From NCBI GenBank assembly GCA_051362555.1, contig CM120640.1, forward strand, positions 31,453,967 through 31,517,966: DNA of 64,000 nucleotides. The letters run 5' to 3'. The position numbers were made by a program, and so were the translations under genes. Within the stretch, counting starts at the first letter, position 1; each line of letters starts with the position of its first letter. The DNA comes from Lingula anatina (taxonomy: Eukaryota; Animalia; Brachiopoda). Of this stretch, positions 23,651 to 37,900 are shown one piece after another. The notes below the pieces were generated by a model. It was not told the origin of the DNA. It did not search any database and was given only the letters and a program-made list of their open reading frames with translations.

Positions 23651-26600
23651 ATGTTGGACATGGCCAAAAGGGAGAAAGTAGTGCAGACATATGGAAGGCA
23701 TAGGAATCGTGTCATTACCACAAATGATCTATGGAGCTCTGGAGAAGAACGAGGGAAAACTTTATTCAGTAGTTCTGAAGACTCCTCTTTATCAATTACT
23801 GACAGATCCAGGAATGTATCCTCGAGGTACACATAATATAAGTATTGATTGTTGTCCTGGCATTTTTAACAGTTTGGGCAAATTCAAGGATTTGTGCAAC
23901 ATGTAGTTGTTCAAGATGTTGTTAACTTATAAAATTAAGAAACAGTGATGTTGAACAAATTTTAAAATTAAATAAGCATTCCTCTGGAAGATGTATGTTT
24001 TTATTGTTCATTGTTTTTGATTTAAAATAAAGTATATTTTCATTGTTAAGTTAGAAGAAAATTACTAACTCATTTTTTGTTCTTGGACAGGTCATTCAAT
24101 TCTTTCTCTAAAACAAGGTCAATAGACAAACACAGTGCTAATAAAGAAAACAGGAGCAGAAAGCCTAGGAGGGCAAAAGTTAAAGCTGTTGACAGGCTTT
24201 TTGCTCTCACAGTAAGTATATATGTGTCTGTTATATAGTCGGCATGTCCTTTATTTAATGTTGAGAAAAATAAAATGATGCTTACATCTGTTTATGTAAT
24301 CATTATCCATGGGGAATATGATGATTGTCCTTTAAAATTAAGTGTTACAAATGAAAGAATCACACAAGAAAGTTAATACATGGCATGTTTATGATTAATT
24401 CAGGTATCTTGATTTGAATTTGATGTAAGGATTAGAAAACTACTGCCACAAGGTATCATTCCCCATGTATTTCAGAATGTGTTTAACTGCACTGTGCAAC
24501 AATTGACTTAGGCACATTTGCTTTGTATTTTAGGACTCTGCAAACAGCTCCCAAAATACATCAAATGTAGGCTGCAGGAAAGCTCTTAGAGATCGAAATG
24601 GAATTTTTGACATCAAAAGTGATGAAAAGGTGAGCAAAAAGCCTCAAACAGATAAAAGAAAACGACCCAGGAGGGCCAAAAGGACAGAAAACAAGAAAAC
24701 CAAGAATGTAAAAGGCTCTTCCAGGGAACCAGCAGCATCTAATTTGAAATCGGACACGAGTGACTTGAAAATAGAAGCTTCTCATTTTAATTTCAGCCAG
24801 TTTGACAATTACAGTTTGGTTTTATCTGACTCTCCTCTAAAAGAAGGAGAAAAAATATCTGGTCGTGATTCTTTATTGAAAGAACTGAGTGGTATAACAG
24901 TGCAGCAAACACCTGACATTGTCACAAGGGGAAAGCCAGCATTGAGAAGTGTCACCAGTGTTGAAACCAGCACACCAAATATATACCATAAAGCAAAGCG
25001 GACAGATGCTGCTGGTAAAATAAAACCTGAAGAGATCTCATTGATAGAGCATTTTGACTCGAATCCCAACACCCCATACCAAGAGTCTAAGGAACAGGAA
25101 TATGCAGAGATATCTGCAGGTGTCGAAAAACTTAGTCTTGGAGATAGTTCGAAAAACAGCAAGGATGTTCGCTCTGGCAACACTTACCAGGTTACTGACA
25201 GACAAGAGTTAACCTATGCACTTAGAAAGTGCCAAGTAGTTTTAGACAGGTGTAAAAACCTTACACAGAATGATGAAAGTGAGGATGCGAACTGTGAAAG
25301 CACAAAGGCCTGTGACACTGATGGAATTGGATTGAAAAGCTGTGAAATTATGGTTCAGAAAATAACAGACAGTTTTGTTACACGCAGACGGCGCCCTGCG
25401 TGCAAGAGTTCAAATGGTAAACATGCTAGCCTTGATTCAATTGTGGAGCTGTCTTTTGATGCCTCTGCAGACTTATTTGACACAGACACACCTAGTGAAC
25501 ACTCTGATGCTGAGTTAGCAGATCTTCCCAGTCCTAAAAGATGCTACATGTTACGGGGTCAAGGACCTGTGACGAGGAATAGAAATGTATCCGGCGATTC
25601 TGAAATTAGTGCCATTTCTGAAATCGAAGAAGAGGAAGAGGTTGAAACAGATGAGGATGAGGAACTTGTTTCTGAAAATGACGATCAAGAGCAAGCTAGT
25701 GATGTAGAACAAGGTGAAACTGAGGAGGAGGAGGAAGATAGTAGTAGTGAAGAAGAAGATGAAGATGAGTGCAAGGCTGAGGTAATTTATTAGGATCAAG
25801 GAGATTAAAAGATGGAAGTACTTAATGGTCATTAATTACCTTTGGGGAATTTAAGCAGTGGTTTGTTAAAAAGTGTTTTCACATATATGTCAACGGGTCT
25901 ACCTGATGTGTGTGTGTGTGTGTAAAAGAACTGTTTCATCAACACATTTTTATACAGGAATCTGAAGGTGATGAGGAAGAAGAGGAGGAAGAGGAATCAA
26001 AAGCAGAGTCAAATTTAGAAAATCCTAACAACACCACTCTTTACATGCTGAATGACAGCCAATACAAAACTCCCTCCGACAGTGGTTTGCTAGAGGCTGG
26101 AATGGCCAGCATGTCCTACCATACTGCAGAAGGCATGGCAGAGATGTCTGTAGACAGCAATAAGACAGATGCTCCTTTGCTGTCTCTCAGTGGACACATT
26201 AATAGCCTGTGTCGATCCTTTAAGGTAATGCCACAAATACAATAACAACAATTTTTATTTTGTTCTCAAATTCTTTCATGTGTCTTGTTACCTGTACAGC
26301 CTCAATTTATTGGTCATTTGAACAATTATGCAGGTATAACAGTGTGACAACTTCTGCTTTTAGGAAGTCCTTACTCCATCCAAGTCAAAGAACATTCCTC
26401 AGCTGACTCCGGAAGAGAAAGTTTTGCTCCAGTGTGAGCAAGACAATGTGATATCATTTAGTAAATGTATTCCATCAAGGTAAATGTTGTGTTAAAAGTT
26501 TGATGTGAAATAATTTTATTTATTTTGTTTACTGAGAAGTAAAATGTTATTAGAAGTGACGTGCTTTTAGGATGTTTTGGAAGTTTATAAAAGTTGTTCT

Positions 26601-29600
26601 GTGTAGTTGGTTTAGGATCTTTTTTATTAGGTAAAGATATTTTGAACTGATAAATTTCTTTTGTTGATATCTTGCCAGTATGATGAACAAGTGTACGAAG
26701 ATTGGAGAGGGAGTTTATGGAGAAGTTTTCAGAACTGTGGTTAATAAGAAATCTGTGGCATTAAAGGTACACTAGTAAGAGATTGTATCATGTTCATTGA
26801 TATTACTTTCATGTTTCTATGTATAATTTTGAAAAGTGTATTTGGAATTAAGTTTAAGTTGAAGAAAAGGATAACAAAAATTAATTTTAATCTGTAACTT
26901 TAAACGACATTATAACATGACAGAATATCAAAATAAGAAAATATTAATCACTTTTATCTTAAAACAATACATTTTTAGTAACTTTATATCTGTGAAATAA
27001 TATTTACAGATCATTCCTATTGAGGGTGATTTCCCTGTGAATGATGAACCACAGAAGACCTATGAAGAAATTTTACCAGAAATCATGATCTCAAGGTAAA
27101 CCAATTACTAAAGCACTGCATGGAATGGTTACGTTTAGAGTTTGATTATCAAACCATAACTTTACTCATTTTGTATTATTAGTAGTATGTTTTATTAGCT
27201 TTTGTTGAAATTTTTTAGAAATTAAAATTAAAAAAATTACCATCCATCTCACTCAGAAATATTTGAATCTTGAATATGTGCCTTTAAATTTGTCTATGTA
27301 ATGTCTGTATATGTGCCATCTTTGATATCTGGTTTATGCTCACTAGCCCTGCAGTTGTGATACAATAGAGAGGAAAAAACTAATTTTACAGTTATGTAAC
27401 TTTTTCCAGAGAGCTGAGTGCAATGAAGGATAGCCAAAAAAGTTGTACTGAAAACTATGTGGAGGTTAGAAGGTAACAACAGAATACCTGACTGTAGTAT
27501 TGATGACTCTGCCATAAAAACTCCAGAGCTCTGGAATAATTTTTATTGACAATTTTTATGTACAGACACAGATGTGTCTGTACATATTGCCATCACCTGC
27601 GTCTGTCGTCGCCGATGCCGATGCCGATGCCGTCGCCGGCGCCGTGCACTTTCCTTGTAAACACGATAAGTGGAGGGCAGTTTTACTTTTTGGCTTAATA
27701 TTTACAGAGCTGATGAATATTCATAAAACGCAGGTCAAGTTCGAAAATCAGCATGATCGGGCCATTTTAAGGGAAGTTATGCTGTTTTTTCACTTTTTTC
27801 AGCATATATGCAACCCTGTAAACACATTTTAAGGAAAACCGTTAGGCCTGTTGTCATGTAACTCACAGGAGTAATCAGTCTTATAAAAACACAGGTCAAG
27901 TTCGAAAATCAGCATGATCGGGCCACTGTTTTAGTAGTTATGCTGTTTTTTTATGTACAGACACAGATGTGTCTGTACATATTGCCATCGCCTGCGTCTG
28001 TCGTCGCCGTCGCCGATGGCGATGCCGATGCCGTCGCCGTGCACTTTCACCGTAAACACGATAAGTGGAAAACAGTTTTACTTTTTGGTTTTATATTAAC
28101 AGAGCTGATGAATATTCATAAAACGCAGGTCAAGTTCGAAAATCAGCATGATCGGGCCATTATAGTAGAAGTTATGCTGTTTTTTTCCTTTTCAGCATAT
28201 ATGCAACCTTGTAAACACATTTTAAGGAAAACCGTTAGGCCTGTTGTCATGAAACTCACTGGAGTAATCAATCTTCTTAAAGCGCAGGTCAAGTTCGAAA
28301 ATCGGCATGATCGGGCCACTATTTTAGTAGTTGTGTTGTTTTTTTTTCATTTTTCAGCATATATGCAACACTGTAAACACAATATAAGAAAAACAGAGAG
28401 ACCCATTGTCATTAAACTCACAGGAATGGTCAATCTTACTAAAACGCAGATTGAGTTCGAAAATCAGCATAATCGGGGCATTATTTTAGAAGTGAAGCTG
28501 TTTTTTTCGCATTTCCTCAGATTCAATTCTTAGGCATGTTAATAGCCTTATTATTTAAGTAATAAGATACGTAAAAGTGTTTGTTTGACATTTCCTGCAT
28601 CTTTACAATATTTTCAGTTGATTTTGTAAAAATTATGGTAAACTTGTTATTGTGTTTTGTGTAATAAAGTGTCAAAAATGGAAATAAACTCATATCATTG
28701 CAGTTTGTCAGATTCAGTCATCCACTATGTTCAGAATCTAAGAATGGAGGAAATTGGACATTTAACACTGTTCTATTGATATTTTTCCCATCTCATCTAT
28801 TTTCTTAGTTGATCATATAAAAATTGCAGTACACTGTTTATTTTGTTTTATGTTTAGAAAGTGTTAAATATGGAAATAAACCCATGTCAGAACAGTGCTG
28901 TCTTGTTTTATTATACTGTGGGTGAAGAGGTTAACAGAAAAGCCAGAACTCTCTTGGGAAGATTCTATAAGCTCTCATCAAGAGGTTTCCCACTATCCCC
29001 AGTTCATTTGACTAATGAGATGCAGTGACCTAGAAATGTGCAACTAGAGACTGTTGCTAAGGGTGGAAAGGTTAACAGAAAAGCCAGATCTCCCTTAGGA
29101 AGATTCTAAGCTCTCATCAGGAGGTTTCCCACAATCCCCAGTTCATTTGACTAATGAGATGCAGTGACCTAGAAATGTGCAACTAGAGACATTGTGAAGG
29201 AGGCCATAGGTTTACAGAAGAAGCTTGGTAAGTTGTTAATTTTAGTTTAATGTTAGTTTTTAAGAGGAGTTATTTATACTGCTATTGCAAAACAATTAAA
29301 GAGCAAAAATAAAGCTAATTAATAAATCCTAACTAACAGTTGAAAAGATCATACATACATAACATTAGACACTGAAGATGTTTATGTCAAATCTGTATCC
29401 TAAAGCTCTATAGTATTTAAAACAGTGCATAACTTTTAGAGATGTGCATCAACAATATTCACGACTAAAGAAAGTTAAGAATAGCTATGTGAAAAATCTC
29501 ATTAAATGGCAATGGTGTCTTGCTTGCCTGAATTGATGCCACATTTCTTTATTGGGGAAATTTGCCTTTCATTGATTCACAGGATAATGCATTTGTTTTA

Positions 29601-31498
29601 TGGTGTTTAACAGCATGTGTACTTTGCTCCAAAAGGGGGTCAAGGTTTATCCTGTGTTACAGTACTAGTAAGTACTAATATTACTGGTGATATTTTAATA
29701 TACTTGTAGAAACCATAGTTTCTTCTCAACATAGTGGCTGATAAAAAGTGAAGGAGTATGTTTGTGATGGGTCCATAGCAATAGTCCGAAGAATCATTGG
29801 TCCGAATGTTCACTAAAGAACCTTCGGACCAATGAGCCCTTGATTAAAAGATCGGCAAAAATGTTACCACTTTTCGGACCAATGAACCTTCGGACTATCG
29901 AGATGCCCCTTTTGTGATATAAAGAGAATCAATGCTAGATTTAATCATTTTAAGTTGAATTTGTATAATATTATATTTCTTCCAGCTCACAGTTGAAGTT
30001 AGAAGCAATTCAGTTGAAGCTTCACAGAATAATAAGTGTGGCAAGTATTGTTTGTTTTAAATCATTAGCATTTAAGTCTCACGATCATCAAAATACCAGA
30101 ATTATGCATTTGATGTAGATAGCTAAGTACTAGAATTCAAGTATATAGAAAAGGTAATACTTGAACATCTAGGCAGCTACTAAATTGCAGGAAGTATGTG
30201 GGTTGGTTATTGAAGCAACAGAATAGATGGACCACTGACAAGCAGATCTGTCCACTAAATATGTTAAATTCCTTAAAGGTCTTCTTGCCCCCACACATGC
30301 CACAACTGCAGGGGCCTAATAATTAAACCTTGCATGAGGTTAAATCCATTTAAGGGCGCATGTGGAGGATGTAAGACATTCTGGATTCAGCGCTATCATT
30401 TTTAAAGTAGGGTCAGCCCTATTTAGTTGGCAGATCTGCTAGTTGGCGGATCATCTTGTTTTAAATGGGACCTACAGAATATATTAATTTACATTGCACC
30501 ATATATTTCAATATCGTTTATATCTCAACTGTTTATTTTTTATTTTTGACTCTTTTGATCATATTCTGTTCATTTTACCTCTGTAAAATCTACTAAACAT
30601 TTTTTTATGGATTTTAGACTGTAAATAAATATTATTATTATTATTTATTATTATTATTATATGCTATATATATTTTGAGTAACCATAGTTTCTTCTCAAC
30701 AATGTGGAGCTTATCAAAAGTAAAGGAATATGTTTGTGATATTAAGAGCATCAATGCTAGATTAAATAATAGTCAGTTGAGTTTATATAATATTCTATTT
30801 CTTCCAGATCCCAGTTGAAGTTACTCAGTCAGTTACCCTCTCAGTCAATTGCACCTTGTCAGGATAATTAGTGTGGCAATAGTATGTAAGTATTGTTTTA
30901 GATACTTGTCATTTAGTCTCAAGATCATCTACGTACCAGCAGTGTGCACTTTATATAGATAGCTACTAGCAGACAAGAACATACCAAGGAAATACTTTTA
31001 GATTGGTAGATACTTTATTGTTGGCAATATGTGGGTTGGTTATTGAAGCAACAGAATAGAGGGACCACTGACAAGCAGATCCATCCACTAAATAATTTTT
31101 ACCCCACTTCAAAAACCATGCCATTTATTCTTTAACGGTCTTCTTGCCCCTACACACGCCACAACTGCATGGCCCGATGGGCCTTATAATTAAACCTGGA
31201 CACATGGTTAAATCCTTTTAAGGGCTCATGTGGAGGATGTGAGACCTTTGGGATTCAGCACTATCATTTTTAAAGTGGGGTCAGCCCTATTTAGTTGGCA
31301 GATCTGCTAATTGGCAGATCATCTTGCTTTGAATGGGACCTGCAGTATATATTTATTTACATTGCACCATATATTTCAATATCTTTATATCTTTACCAGC
31401 TATTTTTTTATTATTGACTCTATTAATCATATTCTGTTCATTTAACCTCTGTAAAATCTACTGAACATATTATATATGGATTTTAGACTGTAAATAAA

Positions 31499-31539
<41 letters not shown>

Positions 31540-31541
31540 GG

Positions 31542-31578
<37 letters not shown>

Positions 31579-34500
31579 GTTTGTGATATAAAGAGCATCA
31601 ATGCTAGATTTAAATAATAGTCAATTGAGTTTATATAATATTCTATTTCTTCCAGATCCCAGTTGAAGTTACTCAGTCAGTTAGTTACCCACTTAGTCAA
31701 TTGCACCTTGTCAGGATAATTAGTGTGGCAATAGTATGTAAGTATTGTTTTAGATACTTGTCATTTAAGTCTCAAGATCATCTACGTACCAGCAGTGTGC
31801 ACTTTATATAGATAGCTACTAGCAGACAAGAACATACCAAGGAAATACTTTTAGATTGGTAGATACTTTATTGTTGGCAATATGTGGGTTGGTTATTGAA
31901 GCAACAGAATAGAGGGACCACTGACAAGCAGATTCGTCCACTAAATAATTTTAACCCCACTTCAAAAACCATGCCATTTATTCCTTAACGGTCTTTTTGC
32001 CCCCACACATGCCACAACTGCAGGGGCCTAATAATTAAACCCTGCATGAATTTAAATCCATTTAAGGGCGCATGTTGAGGATGTGAGACCTTCTGGATTC
32101 AGCGCTATCATTTTTAAAGTAGGGTCAGCCCTATTTAGTTGGCAGATCTGCTAGTTGGCGGATCATCTTGTTTTAAATGGGACCTACAGAATATATTAAT
32201 TTACATTGCACCATATATTTCAATATCGTTTATATCTCAACTGTTTATTTTTTATTTTTGACTCTTTAGATCATATTCTGTTCATTTTACCTCTGTAAAA
32301 TCTACTAAACATTTTATATATGGATTTTAGACTGTAAATAATAATAATAATAATAATTATTATTATTATTATTTTTATATGCTATATATTTTTTGAGTAA
32401 CCATAGTTTCTTCTCAACAATGTGGAGCTTATCAAAAGTAAAGGAATATGTTTCAGATATTAAGAGCATCAGTGCTAGATTAAATAATAGTCAGTTGAGT
32501 TTATATAACATTCTATTTCTTCCAGTTCCCAGTTGAAGTTACTCAGTCAGTCAGTTACCCACTTAGTCAATTGCACCTTGTCAGGATAATTAGTGTGGCA
32601 ATAGAATGTAAGTATTGTTTTAGATACTTGTCATTTAAGTCTCAAGATCATCTAAGTACCAGCAGTGTGCACTTAATATTGATATCTACTAGCAGACAAG
32701 TACATACCAAGGCAGTATTTTTAGATAGGTAGATACTTAATTGTTGGCAATATGTGGGTTCGTTATTTTGAAACATCAAGCCTTTATGGCAATTTTTATT
32801 ACTTAAATATAATACTGTTGTATACTTTCCTGAAATCTGAAATGTCAGTATCCACTGATTGGTTTCTCCAAATATGAGAAAAGGCTCAAAAAAGTTTGCA
32901 CCATCTTTGTTCATGATTGATTGTTCACATTTGAAGGTTGCTTTTGAATACATAATAGACCCTTAATTAGTCCATCTGTCTAAAACGTGCAATTTACAGG
33001 TGTTTGGTTCAGAAATGAGGACCAGATTAGTGTTGGGCTGAATTAACTTGTCACCCAGAGCATCAATGAGCATATTGAACACTGTTGTGCTAAGAGTATC
33101 ACCTACAGAGTATCACCTAGATCCCTACAGAGGGAATGAGTTACTAGTAGCAGCCCTTTTATTAATGAAAATATCCTTTTAATTTAGTGCGCATTTACTT
33201 CATAGTATGATTGTTAAAGGTAACCATCAATACCACACTTTAGCATCTTACACCCCATTTCCATAGATTAGATCGACCTACTTTGGATCGACCTAACTCC
33301 CTGGGGGTTCGCGCTGAATAGCTGTCAGCCGGGCGGACACGAAAGTTAATTGCCCCTTATGGCTTGTAGTGGGCGGGGACGGACACTTAAGGGGGATTAT
33401 CTGACGTTAGTCTGGTGAGACTCCCCGCGGTGATAGATCGATCTAAAGTTGTGGGAATAGACCCTTATAGATGAGACCAGTTCTTTTTCCCTCTCCATAT
33501 AAAAAGGTACTGTTTGGTTAATAAATGGATTAAGCTTCCAAGCAGAGACTCCCCAGCATTTATCCAAGTCAGCTAAAGATAACTTATTATGAATATTCCC
33601 TTTGAACATTAATTACTTTGTTTACGTTCATCATTAGGAGATCAACAATTTGAATATTTCTTAATGGATGGATCAATTAAATGTTTATTTAATAACCCAT
33701 ACAAGTAGCTTTTTTGGTAACTGGTCTTCACCTTTTATAACTTCTGTGTAGCAATCTTAGAATTTTTTTTCAACTGCTGTCACTTTATCCTTGTTTTACT
33801 TTTCACATGTCTCAATGTGCAAATTGCGACTGCTGATATTTTTATCTTTTGACTAAAGTAATAAGTACAAGTTTACATTTATCAAATGTACCAAGTTCCT
33901 TTATCCATGTTTTGTTCTTTAATATACCTGTTCGGGAGGCCGATAGCAATTAGGTTGTATGAGGGTTGATTGATAAGTAGTTAGCCTCATATAGAAGGGG
34001 TACACATTTTACAAGTATTTTTGTTTATTTCTCAACATACTCTCTTTGAGTATCTATACACTTTTGCCAGTGAGTTTTGAGAGACTGTATGCCACTTTCA
34101 TAGAAGCCCTTCCCTTGGACATTCAGAAACCCCTCCACTTCACGTATGATGTCATCATCTGACACAAAGTGAGTACCTGAAATGGCCTTACTCAATTTGG
34201 GAAATAGATAATAGTCAGAGGAAGCAAGATCAGGATGTTGGTGTATGTTCTATCAGTTCAAAGCCACACTCGTTGATTGCAGCCATGGCAATGACAGACT
34301 TGTGAGCAGGGGCATTTCACAAAAATCACTTGCCTTGCTTATTTGAGAGTGCTTCCTCGTCGACATAAACTAATCAAATGACACCAAACTTTGGCTACAC
34401 ACCTTTAAATAGTCAGGAAATAGAAGGGCTGAAAAGGGATATCGCTGCTTAACCCCTTCCACACGAGGCTCACTACTTACTACAACCCTTGTAATTTAGT

Positions 34501-34878
34501 TACCTTGTAAAAAATCCATCCAGGTATTTACAGATATTCTGTATATAATGAAGTGTTATATATCATTGCACTTCTTTTTCAGTAGCTGTAGCTTACTAAT
34601 TTCACTTGTTTTCTGACAACTTGATTATAACAAATCAATTCATATTTAAAAAGAGTAGCTTAAAGCAGGTCTGAACATGTTCCAAAAGTCCTATTTTCTT
34701 CTGAAGTCTTTTCTTTTTCCATTTGACCTTAATAACTAAACAAACCTTAAATAATAGTTTTTTTTTTTTTAGCATACCTGATGCCCTTAATTTACATTTC
34801 TGAGCTTTGGCATCTTAAGACAAATAATACTACCAGACTCAATATAAACCAGCTCGATGCTGGAAGTAGAAACTGGGC

Positions 34879-34917
<39 letters not shown>

Positions 34918-37900
34918 GTGTAGTTATGTAATCTGTAATGACAGTAATATGATGGGCACAACAAATATTATGCTTTGCAAGGAATCCAATATTATATTAT
35001 TCTGACTCTATTAAAATGGAATAAAACATTGTATCTAAGGCACCGTTCTAATTAAAAATCCAAATTCCAAAAATCCAAAAATCCATTGACGGTATCTAGT
35101 ATTCATGGTCTGTGTCCTGAGTACCCCGTGTTATAATTAACTAGCATTTTGTAAAACAACACCAAAAGGCATATGTGAATACATTCTTCTATCTGCTTTC
35201 TCTGCTGTATATAAATGGGACTGATAAATTTTAGTAGGTTAGATAAGTAATCCAAATTAACCATCAATTTAAATGAGATAGTTTAAGGCTATTTTATTGT
35301 TGATGAAGTGATTAAATTGTTTTGTTCATTGGCATGTCAACTTCATTTTTGTTATACAAGTAACTAGTAGAGGTAGATTACATGTACATGTATTACTGGG
35401 GATTCGCACTCCATCGGCATGTACCTTTAATTACAGAAACAACACATCAGTAAATAATGTTTTTGTTTGATAATGTTTTATTTTCGGTGCACTTGTTAGT
35501 CTTGGTAGTTTGTTAAGGGCCTCTTAAGCAGTTGCACTCGAAAGAAACTGTTTACAACTCTCTTAGTTTCTATTATGGTTTGCCAATAAATATGTATTTT
35601 TTCATATTTCTAGATGCCTAGGTTGAAAAAACAAAGCATGGTCCAAAGAAGGGCACATCAGAAGAAGATGATCAAGAAAAGTCGCAAGAGGGTGACTAAG
35701 GATGCCACGTCTACTATTGTGCCTGCTTCGGCAGGCACGCCCACCTCGGTGGGCTCTGTGAAAAACTGTGAAATTACTGATAGAAGCAGTGAAATTACTG
35801 ATATTACTGATAGAAGCAGTGAAATTACTGATAGACGCAGTGAAATTACTGATAGAAGCAGTGAAAATACTGAAAAAAGCAATGAAATTACTGAAAATAC
35901 TGAGATTACACAAATTACTGAAAAAAACAGTGAAATTACTGAAAACACTGAAAAAAGTGAAAATAATGCAGTTATTGAAAACACTGAATTTCCTGAACAC
36001 ACTGACATTCCCATTGCTTCAGATGTTACTGTTCATGCAGCTTATACAGATGCTTCAGACAAGACAGATGCTACAGTTGACACAGCCTATCCTGTCAGTT
36101 TGAGTGCCACTGATGCCCCTGGTCATTCAAGTAAGTCTATAATATATTCAGACCATTTTTCACCATCAGATAAGTCTGTAAAATCTAACATGCCAGTCAA
36201 CCCAAAGCTATCATCGGTACCCCACAAATTAAAGAAAAAATCAGTAGTTTTTCCTGAAATTCAAAAAAATGAACCCAATATGGTTACATTAAAAACATCC
36301 TTAAAACCTGTGGAAAAAAGTGTTCAATATTCAAAAGTGGGTTCAATGAAGAAGGTACCATTAACAAAACACACTGGTAATACCATTACCTCTGATTCTA
36401 TTTCATCCATTTTTGATAAAACAAATTTGCACAAACCCCATTTAAAAAGACTACATGATGAAATGAAGAGGCAGTTAAAATGGACAGAAGACAAACAACA
36501 AAGCAAAATTGACGCAGTGAATAAAACTCTTTTGGATACCTCACTTACGGGAACCAGTAGCACTGACAGAAATATTTTGAAAAGAGAGAAAAATAAAATC
36601 AGGATGCAACTTCTTAGATCTGATCCACAGTACAGGAAAGCCGAACAAAATGCTCAGAGATTAAAACGTTCTCAGGTTGATGAAAAGAGCAAAATTCTAA
36701 AGCACAAACAGTTGAAAAGGTCTGATCCACAGTTCAGGAAGCGCGAACAAGAATCTCAGAGACTAAAACGCTCTCAGGTCGATGAGAAGAGGAAAATTTT
36801 AAAGTACAATCAGTTGAAAAGGTCTGATCCACAGTTCAGGAAGCGCGAACAAGAATCTCAGAGACTAAAACGCTCTCAGGTCGATGAGAAGAGCAAAATT
36901 TTAAAGTACAATCAGTTGAAAAGGTCTGATCCACAGTTCAGGAAGTGCGAACAAGAATCTCAGAGACTAAAACGCTCTCAGGTCAATGAGAAGAGCAAAA
37001 TTTTAAAGTACAATCGGTTGAAAAGGTCTGATCCACAGTTCAGAAAGCACGAACAAGAATCTAAGAGACTAAAACGCTCTCAGGTCGATGAGAAGAGCAA
37101 AATTTTAAAGTACAATCAGTTGAAAAGGTCTGATCCACAGTTCAGAAAGCGCGAACAAGAATCTCAGAGACTAAAACGTTCTCAGGTCGATGAGAAGAGC
37201 AAAATTTTAAAGCACAAACAGTTGAAAAGGGCAGATCCACAGTATAGGAAAAAGGAACAAGAATCTCAGCGACTAAAACGCTCTCAGTCTGATATGAAGA
37301 CCAAAATTCTGAAGCACAAGCACTTGAAAAGGTCTGATCCTTATTACAAAGTAACTGAGAGAAGTAAAAAAAGGTTAAAAAGATCTGATCCCGAATTCAG
37401 AAAACATGAAAAAAAATCTGATTCATTTGCTAAACGTAATAAGAGGCAGAAAATCAATACTAATCTTCAACAGTTAATACAACAATTCCACAAAAAAGTT
37501 GCTGAAGGTTGTATTTACACATGTTGTATATGTCAACAACTTTGGTACAGGCATACTGTGATAAATTCAGAGTCTATCATGAATTTAGAAAATAATGCAG
37601 TTAAACATTGCAAAGAAACTGGTGATTTATTTGACAGTAATTGGATATGTTTAACATGCTCTTCTCATTTGAAAAAGAACAAAATTCCTCCATGCGCTAT
37701 GGTGAATGGCCTGTCGTTTCCAGAAAAACCCAGCTTCTTGGATTTAAAACCTTTAGAGTGGAGATTAACTAGCCCAAGGTTAGTTTTCATGAAGCTTCAA
37801 CAAGCTCCTCGTGGAAAACAATACAAATTAGAAGGAAATGTTGTAAATATACCAGCAGATGTTACATCCACTGTAACAAAGTTACCAAGAACTGAGGCAG

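Noticed and set aside
27700-28500. CRISPR-like spacing of caggtcaagttcgaaaatcagcatgatcgggcc
   Set aside because: The intervening sequences are homologous to each other rather than unique spacers. The context is eukaryotic and there are no cas genes.
27572-28533. Repeated ORFs MCLYILPSPASVV...VKFENQHDRA (also at 47367, 48772, 50384, 50826)
   Set aside because: These are translations of the HINE ~160-bp tandem repeat. Frames break differently in each copy, so this is not a gene family.
29090-29135. Minus-strand gaaac...ctgatga resembling a hammerhead ribozyme core
   Set aside because: Only 3 nt separate the motifs, so stems I and III cannot form, and the sister copy lacks the CUGAUGA.
27410-35620. 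Possible haspin-Helentron fusion protein via the acceptor at 35613
   Set aside because: The upstream haspin exon ends in phase 2 while the Helentron ATG follows the acceptor in phase 0, so direct splicing is out of frame.
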